Shown piece by piece: positions 56,259-64,000 of a stretch of 64,000 nt of DNA. Positions within the stretch are counted from its first letter, which is position 1, and every line of letters begins with the position of its first letter. The DNA comes from Flectonema sp. DT1601 (lineage: Eukaryota). The notes beneath the pieces are model-generated. The model did not search any database. It was not told the DNA's origin and saw only the letters and a program-made list of their open reading frames with translations. The translations under genes were made by a program, and so were the position numbers. The stretch covers positions 496,001 through 560,000 of the forward strand of contig OZ025804.1 in NCBI GenBank assembly GCA_964019425.1, given 5' to 3'.

Positions 56259-58409
56259 TCAATCAAGATCTAACCTCGAAGGAGTACTAACGTTGATGGT
56301 GTCAGTGAGTGAGGTAGGATTATTAATTGCTTGCTCTCTAAATGAAGGGAGTTCTGTAAGAAGCTCAAGAGGCTGATCATCAGTCATGTCGTCGTCACTG
56401 TACTCATCTACGGCATCACAAGCTCCGTAGATATCTTGTTCTTGGAGATCGTCGAGTTGTTTCTCTGCTCTGCTGTAGAATAGAATATATGGAACATCCG
56501 TACGGGTGAATGCATTTGAAACTTTTCCGTTAACAACATCACAACGGCTGTCGTTACAGATAACCCAACCAGCTTCTGAGTGTTTTGCTACGCAGTAGTA
56601 GTGACCTCCGTATGAACTTGGACCCGAATGAGCAACAATAGACACCAATTGATATATCTTATTACGAACAGTTATCGTTTCAACAAATTGAGTTGGCGTG
56701 CAGATCTTTTTTCTGACCCCAAGTTTAGGATCGTATCGAAATCGACCGAGTGATAGAATTAAAGTTTTCGGAATTCTCGAAACAGTAGTATTCTTAGTAG
56801 CGTCAGTTTTTAAATTACAACTATCGCACTGGTAGCGATTCTCTCCTCTGAGTACTTCTGTTGAGTCCAGTGTCGCATCTAAAAGACATTGAACGTTTGT
56901 TACTTCTGTTTCATCTCCGTACATCAAATTAAGTCCAACATACTCTTCAGTAGTTGATCTCTTTATCTTACATCTACTGCATGTTGTTGTTGATATTATT
57001 TCTCCCGTTACATGTCTCGGGATGTTCGCAATGCTATTCGGGTTGGCTGAACTCGAACTCGGACAGACGCTTAAGATTTCTCTCTCTAAAGTACTCAACA
57101 TTAAAACACCGAATTCACTACTATCGTGTTGCCTATTGTCAGTAAACATATCCGGAAGTGATCTGTACACATTCGATGGCTTTAAGTAAGACGCCTTAGT
57201 CAGTTCCATACAACCAAACAGTGTTGCCATACTACGAAGTAGATGAGTGTTCTTCCAGCTCGACGGGTCGTCTGGGTACGATGAGTGAGGTGTTAGTAGT
57301 AATCTTCTGAACGGAACTACAAAATATAAAGCTTGCAGATACGAAGCCATAAAACAGGTGTTCCCGAGATTCAAGAGACCTGTAACACCCGAATGAACTT
57401 TGGTATAATAATTACTACTACTTAGACTCCCTTTGGCAGGTGATGACAACGCCAATGGCTGTGAAGCAGATGACCTAACCATCGGACCTCTCAAAAAACA
57501 AATTTCTCTCCCAGACTGTACCAGTTTTGTAACCGCCCCTGCCGGTAACACTTGTGGTATCCATTTAATAACACAATGTCCACTCCCAGCTAAACACTTA
57601 AAGTAGAGTACCGATGCAGCATAACCATAAGCAACCCTTATAACTGATGACCTATGAGGTTGTAAAATATCACTCGTTGAGTAAGGTGGATCGACCTCCT
57701 CTGGACAAACTTTGTGTCTTTCTGCGTATTCAACGGCTTGAGAAGCAGCGTCCGAAAGAAGAAGTTGCATTTCATTATTTTTTTGATAGCCAACTAGAAA
57801 AAATGACAACACAGTAGCACAACCCCGAGCTATTTCTGATAAATGACAACTCGGAGTGTCTAATTCAAGTTCTTTAATGAATTGAGGTGAGATTTGTTTT
57901 GCTGCGTCAATGACCACCCGTTGAAGCACTGCGACCCTACCAACTATTTCGAGAGACTTTACTAATGATATGATCCAATTAGCTATTTTAACTGAACATG
58001 GGAGAGATGACAACTGGTCTCCTAATTTCTCAATGGCATCATCAGACCAACACGCTCTCTGTGATAATGATCCTGTAATGTGATTACAAAAAAGAATTTT
58101 TCGTCTGACATTCGTCTTCAAGCAAACAACAGGAGACGAGTATAAATTTTCGAGAAGTAGTTTCATTCCAATATCTCCATAAATAACATTTTCTACCGAA
58201 CCTAATGCAGCGAAAACATGTCTGGCGACTTCAAATTGTGCTGCAACTGATTTTCTCCATATCAATTGTAAGATATTAATGCATTCTGTTATGTTGATTT
58301 TAGTTGTTTCAACGTTGAGACAGACGTCAACGAGCCATTTTATTAAATTAATTGTTAATACTCCGAGCAGGTTACCTTCATCTGATTTCGTTGACGCTAC
58401 CCTCGCCAT
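56259..58409 (-). CDS. Host ubiquitin-specific protease (peptidase C19)
   Basis: GLLNLGNTCFMASYLQAL, QHDSSEF, YQCDSC, AHSGPSSYGGHYY, CNDS. Confidence 0.92.
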   Translation of the reverse strand: MARVASTKSDEGNLLGVLTINLIKWLVDVCLNVETTKINITECINILQLIWRKSVAAQFEVARHVFAALGSVENVIYGDIGMKLLLENLYSSPVVCLKTNVRRKILFCNHITGSLSQRACWSDDAIEKLGDQLSSLPCSVKIANWIISLVKSLEIVGRVAVLQRVVIDAAKQISPQFIKELELDTPSCHLSEIARGCATVLSFFLVGYQKNNEMQLLLSDAASQAVEYAERHKVCPEEVDPPYSTSDILQPHRSSVIRVAYGYAASVLYFKCLAGSGHCVIKWIPQVLPAGAVTKLVQSGREICFLRGPMVRSSASQPLALSSPAKGSLSSSNYYTKVHSGVTGLLNLGNTCFMASYLQALYFVVPFRRLLLTPHSSYPDDPSSWKNTHLLRSMATLFGCMELTKASYLKPSNVYRSLPDMFTDNRQHDSSEFGVLMLSTLEREILSVCPSSSSANPNSIANIPRHVTGEIISTTTCSRCKIKRSTTEEYVGLNLMYGDETEVTNVQCLLDATLDSTEVLRGENRYQCDSCNLKTDATKNTTVSRIPKTLILSLGRFRYDPKLGVRKKICTPTQFVETITVRNKIYQLVSIVAHSGPSSYGGHYYCVAKHSEAGWVICNDSRCDVVNGKVSNAFTRTDVPYILFYSRAEKQLDDLQEQDIYGACDAVDEYSDDDMTDDQPLELLTELPSFREQAINNPTSLTDTINVSTPSRLDLD

Positions 58410-59510
58410 CTTCCGTCGTTTGATATTCTGATCAATGCTGTGGTGTTCCTGTTGTTGTAATAAACAAATAAATACTTTATTTCAACACATAAGCTACTGG
58501 AATTCGGAAGTTTACGTCGTCATCACATTTACAAAATCCTGGAAGAAGAAAAAAAAAAAATAATAATAAACAATAAATAATAATAAACACGAGATTAAAC
58601 TGAGAAGTCGTAAGAAATGCTCTACTGTACAAACGACACGCTTAAAAAATAAATTGGGTTGGGGAGGGAAACTCGACTGAGTTGTAACAAAAATGGGTAA
58701 GACTGAAGTAGAATCGCTAACTGCTAGTTGGTACAAGAATTATCCCATTCATTGATTGTGGGATTTCAGACGTGCTACAATTGTGCCTTTGGGAAAAAAC
58801 ACACAAAAAAAAAAAAAAAAAAAAAAAAGAATTGCGGCGCTAACCGTATGAATTACATATGAGGACAGTTTTATGGAAAGTCATTCTCGTAGTTACTTCT
58901 GCTTTATAATAATTTTTTTTTTTTTGTTGTGTTTTTTTGTTTTTTTTGTTCTCTTAATTAGAGAAAATAACCAACGAGACTTCAGAATGGGTTTTGGGAG
59001 GGCAAACAAATAATAATAGTTACGCAACATGCATCACAATGATGTGATGCAATCTTATTTTTTTAACAAAAAGAATTTTTTAAAAACAATTTTTATATTG
59101 TTTCGGGAAATTTACACGAAAAACAAACCTAGATCAGGTTTCTTCTTCTTCCCAGTAACAGGTTGGAACGACCCAAGTCCAAATGCTACGAAGGTCCAAT
59201 CTTAGAAGGGGTTCCTTAAAACTATTTTCATTTCTAAAAAAAAACTACTGAGAGGAGGAGGAAAGAAAGAAAGAAAAAAAAAAGTAACCATTCAGATAAA
59301 GCCTTATATTTTGTTGATCGCAGACAGTAGTTACTGGCGGCACAGGGAAAATAGATAACATTTTTGACCATAATAAATAAAACGGCTCTTAATCTGAAAT
59401 AGTTTTCGTTCTCCGACTTCGTCGGTACAAAAAAGAAAGAAAAGAAAAAAAGAACAGAAAAAGAAAGAAAAACAACATCTGATCAGAACTATAGTGACCC
59501 ATCTGGGCAC

Positions 59511-59511
<1 letters not shown>

Positions 59512-59546
<35 letters not shown>

Positions 59547-59548
59547 AA
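59512..59548 (+). repeat. (AAC)n microsatellite
   Basis: About 11 AAC units. Confidence 0.9.
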
Positions 59549-59875
59549 ACAAAAACAAAGAGAGAAATCCTTTTTATGTATACTTTTGTTTTCTTCTTGA
59601 TGCTCGTAAGGCACATTGCGCACAATTAACGAGCTAATCAATCGAATCGCTGGGGATGGGAGGAGAAGTACAGCGAGGTAGGTAAGCTTTCCTACTTCAC
59701 TATTACAAGTGTACGAGAAACAGCCCTCCCCCAGAAAGTATAATTCGTGTCTGTGGAGAGACACAAAAACAACATCTTCGATAAACAACAACAACACGGG
59801 AGGGAGGAGGGCAAGAACTCATCTTTTTACTTTTATTTCTCTCATCGGATAAAGTTTCGATCTGATGCAGACTTT

Positions 59876-60881
59876 TCAGTTGCCAGAACCGAAGATGTTG
59901 GAATGCGTGTCAGTCGTTGAGAATATTCTAGTGCGTGGTCTGAACTCCGCTCTGTTTGTTTGTTTTTGTAAAAAAGATTATCAAGAACCACAAGAAGGAA
60001 TACAAACAGATTATGACATACCTTTTACCAGCGTCATACCTTCCAGAACTCTTCATAGCTCCAGAAGATGAATCGTAAGGTGTTCTGACATTGACAGAGT
60101 CTACACGTCGGATTCCACTGAGGGAGTTGGTACGAGTACGGCCCAGTACTGACGGATCTTCGAAAGGAGACATATCACTTCCGAGGTGGGTCGCAAAAGG
60201 ACTTTTTGGACCCCCGTCGACAGAGTTGCTTCTGATGGCCTTCCCTCTTGGGCGTTCCATCGAATTAGAGCGGCCGAATAGAGAAGTGCGTTCTTGATCA
60301 GATTGTTGAATTATATGTTTACTCTCGTGACGTTTTGGTTGCATGAAATCAGCTGAATGACATCTGTGCATCACCGATGATGTTTTCTTTGTCGGTTTCC
60401 AATCACTTTCCCTACTCTCATTGTTAATCGACCAATCAGTTTGTGTTCTTCTTCCTTCATGCTTTGATGCTGGTTGCCTGTCAGGATAACACGCTGTTGC
60501 TCTTTTACAACCTGGCCAGTCAGGAATTGTGATTGGCCTTCCATGTTTTTTTTCTCTATTATATGCGCTAATATCGATATTCTTTTTACCCGTGTGGTCT
60601 GGTCGGGCTGACAGTTGGTCGGGTTGCCATGGACAACGAGAAACATTGTTTACGGTCATGCCTTCTGTTCGATGTCTTCCAATCTTCTCAGCCCTCTGAT
60701 TATCAGGAAACATGTGCGGGATATGATCATGTTTATTTGCAACACCAGTACTCATCTTTCTTCGCAGAGGATCATTTTCGTAACTTCGGCTCCTCCTAAT
60801 CTGCGCAGTGTCATAAAATGATTTTCTTCCAACGTGAAGGGGAATCGGTTCCTTGTTAAATGGTCCTTTACTGCTAGCCAT
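59876..60881 (-). CDS. Hypothetical low-complexity protein, two exons (60881-60022 and 59951-59876)
   Basis: A 70-nt GTATGT..AAACAG intron (60021-59952) replaces the implausible hydrophobic tail of the track ORF with RAEFRPRTRIFSTTDTHSNIFGSGN*. Confidence 0.75.
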
Positions 60882-61324
60882 GTCGTTTTGTTCAAATTAT
60901 TACTAATTCCTGTTGACAGAGAGAGAGAGAGAGGATGACAATTAAAAAAAGAAAACAGCGTGTGTAAATTTTAAATTGAGAAGCAGCTGAAAGCAAAAAA
61001 AGCACAAAAAAAAAAAAAAAGAAAAAAAAAAAAAATCATCCCATCGAGGAGAGTATAAACCTAAAAAGGATGTTACCCCCACTTCGAAGTGGTGGTGTTG
61101 TGTTGCTGTACGATTAAAGACGCATATCTGTAAAGGATGCGCTCATTTCCGTTTGACGAAACAATAAATATCGATTAACGTTGATGGTGAAAGTTCAAGG
61201 CAGTCTGCCTCACTCTCACCCTTACAAAGATGACATTATCGATCCTGACGAGGTGTATCAAGAAAAAGAGAGACTGCAAACCTGTAAAGGCAGCACATGA
61301 AAAAAAAAACATAAAAAGAAAATA

Positions 61325-62839
61325 TTATTTTATTTTAATTTGAATACCTCTCGCCGCGTTGTATTTCTTCAGCTTCACCAACAGCTCTTGAGTGGCGACG
61401 TGGTCGACGTGTTTGATTGCCTTCTTGCGATCCAAGTCCAGCTGCTTGCGGTGAATCTCCGTCTGGTGATCTTTAATTAATTGTTCCTGCTCCGTGTTAT
61501 GAAGTATCTGAAGAGATGCTGCTGCAGCCTTTTGTTGTAGTTGAGATTCAAGAACAGCTCTCTGTTCGATATTTCGTTTTGTAATAGCAGCTTTCCTACT
61601 TCTCTCGTCATCAAGTGCGGCTTGTTCTACCTTCTTGATAGCTGCTTCTTCTAAGAGGAGGAGTTTGCGTTTCTTTTCTCGTTCGGCTGTTTTAATTGAT
61701 TGGCCGAAGATTTCTTGTTTATTCTGAACTTCCAATCTGCGATACAATTCCTTTTTGTGAACGTCGCTGCTATCATGTGCGAAGGCTGCTGGATTGCAGG
61801 CGCAGTGTTGTTCTCTTTGTTTGTCAAGTTCTCGTTTTCCAGGAGAAGTAATTTCAGTATTCTGAAGATGTGTCTTCCAAGTGTTAAAGAGTTTCTGTCG
61901 GTGTAGTCGACGGTTGGTTTTGTGTTGTTCAAGTTCTTCAGTGACTTTAGCGATTCGATTTTCTTCATCACGACGAGCATTAGCAGTTTGTCGATCTCTT
62001 ACCTGTCGTTGTTGTAGTAAAACTTGTTCCAATTCTTGTTTTGTTTGAAGTTCTCGTTCTTTATTCTCTCTTGTTGTCTTCGCTTGTTGATCTAACCACT
62101 TGGCATGGTCGGTAATCGCAACCTCTCTTTCTCGTTCTTTTTCTTCCCTTTTTCGGGCTCGTTCCATCTGGAGAACTCTACACTGGGTGTCTAAGAATTC
62201 GGCCTGTTCCTTGATCCGTCCCCTTTTCAAAGATAGTTCTTTTGCCTTTTCCTCTTTGTCTAATTTTATCTGTCGTTGGATTTCAGTTATCCAAACCTTG
62301 TCGAGAAGCATTTTATTTTTTTGAGCAGCAGTTCTGCTTTCCTTTAATAAGTTGTGACGTCCTTGGTAATTCAACAACGGCAGAGATGCGGCTTCCACTG
62401 CGTTGCGAGTAACATCTAAGAAATCTTTGGCTTTGCGTTCCCTCGTTGACAATTGGTATTTCTTTTTTAATTTCTTTCTCACCTGTTTTCTCGCATGAAC
62501 AACTCCTTTTTCAAGTTCTTCTTCTGCTTTTCTTTTTTCTATTATTTCTGCTTCTAAATCACCCATCTTCTTGTTACACTTATCAACAATATATCGATAA
62601 GCTGTCCTGCTTCTCATTTTCGTCGTATCTTTTACCAGACCTCTGAAGTATACGTTGGCATTTTCTCGAGGGCTTGGAGGGAGTTTCATACATGAATGGT
62701 TTCCTGTTATGTTAATAAAGTTTTCAGTCAGCATAATGTGGTTATTTAAATCAATACTTCTGCTCGTCAATCCCATGTCAGTAACTGAATTAAAATGGGG
62801 GGGGTGAATGGTGAATATTTGTTTCATTTTCAACCGCAT
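61325..62839 (-). CDS. Charged coiled-coil protein (trichoplein/CFAP-like); true start uncertain
   Basis: ~500-aa ORF rich in E/K/R/Q helical segments. Confidence 0.7.
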   Translation of the reverse strand: MRLKMKQIFTIHPPHFNSVTDMGLTSRSIDLNNHIMLTENFINITGNHSCMKLPPSPRENANVYFRGLVKDTTKMRSRTAYRYIVDKCNKKMGDLEAEIIEKRKAEEELEKGVVHARKQVRKKLKKKYQLSTRERKAKDFLDVTRNAVEAASLPLLNYQGRHNLLKESRTAAQKNKMLLDKVWITEIQRQIKLDKEEKAKELSLKRGRIKEQAEFLDTQCRVLQMERARKREEKEREREVAITDHAKWLDQQAKTTRENKERELQTKQELEQVLLQQRQVRDRQTANARRDEENRIAKVTEELEQHKTNRRLHRQKLFNTWKTHLQNTEITSPGKRELDKQREQHCACNPAAFAHDSSDVHKKELYRRLEVQNKQEIFGQSIKTAEREKKRKLLLLEEAAIKKVEQAALDDERSRKAAITKRNIEQRAVLESQLQQKAAAASLQILHNTEQEQLIKDHQTEIHRKQLDLDRKKAIKHVDHVATQELLVKLKKYNAARGIQIKIK

Positions 62840-63649
62840 AAGTCACTTACATTCTACGCCATTTTTTTTTTTTTTTTTTTTTTTATATTGTTATTTTTTT
62901 CGCGTACACTTCTTGTTAAGGACAGTGTTAGTTGCATACTGTCAGTTGTTTTCATTGCGAAAAAATCCGCTGAAAATTAGCTGGTTCGCCAAGGCAGGGG
63001 TGTTTTTTTTTTTTTTTTTCCCTTCTATTTTTTTCGCGAAAAAAAATATATAAAAAAAAAACGGGTTTCTGGGGAATTGTCAAGGTTGCTACGCAAGGAG
63101 TAGTAAAAATGAAAAAGGCCGGGGGAAAAAACTGGTAGTGTTAGGCAATGGTTTTCAGTTTCTTTTTTTACGCAATTATACTCTGCCTTACTGCAGTATT
63201 CTCTTTTTCTTCTTTTTCTTTATAGCAAAAACAGTAAGGCGTGCGCTACTATGGGGAAGACCAAAACAAACAACAAACCAGCAAATTGTTAACCCTCACG
63301 TGAAATGTACATATCAGACGTTTCTATTAATTTGTTTTCAACGTCAAAAAAGGGCTGAAGAAAAAGGAGCGCAATATTTTTACGAAAACTAACTTAATCA
63401 GACTTTTGATAGCTTGGGAAGACCATACTTCAACAACAAAAAAAAAAAAAAAAAAACGAATAGTATTTAACTAAAAAAGTGAACCTGAAACATGCGAGCG
63501 AATCATTCAGAAGAGGTAAGCACCACCGTTCCCCATTTCCTGTAAATTTCATTGTCAAAGCCCCTCCTCTGTAAAGCTGTAAAATTTCTATTTTTTTTTT
63601 TTTGCAACACATTCCTTTTCTTCACCTTAGAGTTACTTAGCATTGTTTC

Positions 63650-63680
<31 letters not shown>

Positions 63681-64000
63681 GATTTAGGGGGGAAGTTAAC
63701 GGAAAAAAAGCAAAGAGTTTCATATGTGGGTTAAATAGCACTAAATGATGAGCGAACTACGAAAAGAGAATGAATCGCAAAAAAAAAAAAGAAGGGGGGA
63801 AAAAGCTGTTCCAGTGCAACTTCCATAGTCAAGTACCTACCGTTATTTTTATACTTCCGAATAGGGGAATCGATTCCCGTTTGTTTTAAGAACGTGGAGG
63901 AAGGTAGTCTACTCCAGCAATCGGAACAGTTACTGCCGCCCGCCAAGAATGGTCGAAAAAGTTGTAACAACGTTCTAATGAATTTCCCCGTACTGAAGCA

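Noticed and set aside
63731..64000. 3' end of another minus-strand gene
   Set aside because: Short and without recognisable motifs; cannot be supported from this window

Overview
Eukaryotic genomic DNA, almost certainly a diplonemid (Euglenozoa): it contains a 39-nt diplonemid-type spliced-leader (SL) exon, a same-strand gene cluster and short GT-AG introns. 1-15.5 kb: two divergent CRE/SLACS-clade non-LTR retrotransposons lie head-to-tail on the minus strand. The complete one encodes a ~2840-aa polyprotein: signal-peptide-like start, Zn fingers, OTU protease, RT, restriction-like endonuclease, USP protease, two degenerate RNase H-like folds around two hybrid-binding domains, and an acidic/basic tail. 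The other ORF (4663 to <1) is absent from the ORF track and has 129-aa Cys-rich repeats before ZnF-OTU-ZnF. After a 200-N gap, 15.7-32.4 kb is ~57.5 near-identical copies of a 291-bp non-coding unit. An SL exon is fused to the array exactly at the unit's polypyrimidine-AG acceptor, the footprint of a reverse-transcribed trans-spliced RNA. 32.7-38 kb: two 5'-truncated ingi/I-clade retroelements (one with a PDZ-like insert in RT) and tRNA-derived SINE-like elements stacked just upstream of tRNA-Asp. 38.3-40.3 kb: a long-TIR DNA element. 40.7-64 kb: ordinary host genes, all on the minus strand. All domain calls are from motif reading by eye; no searches were run.
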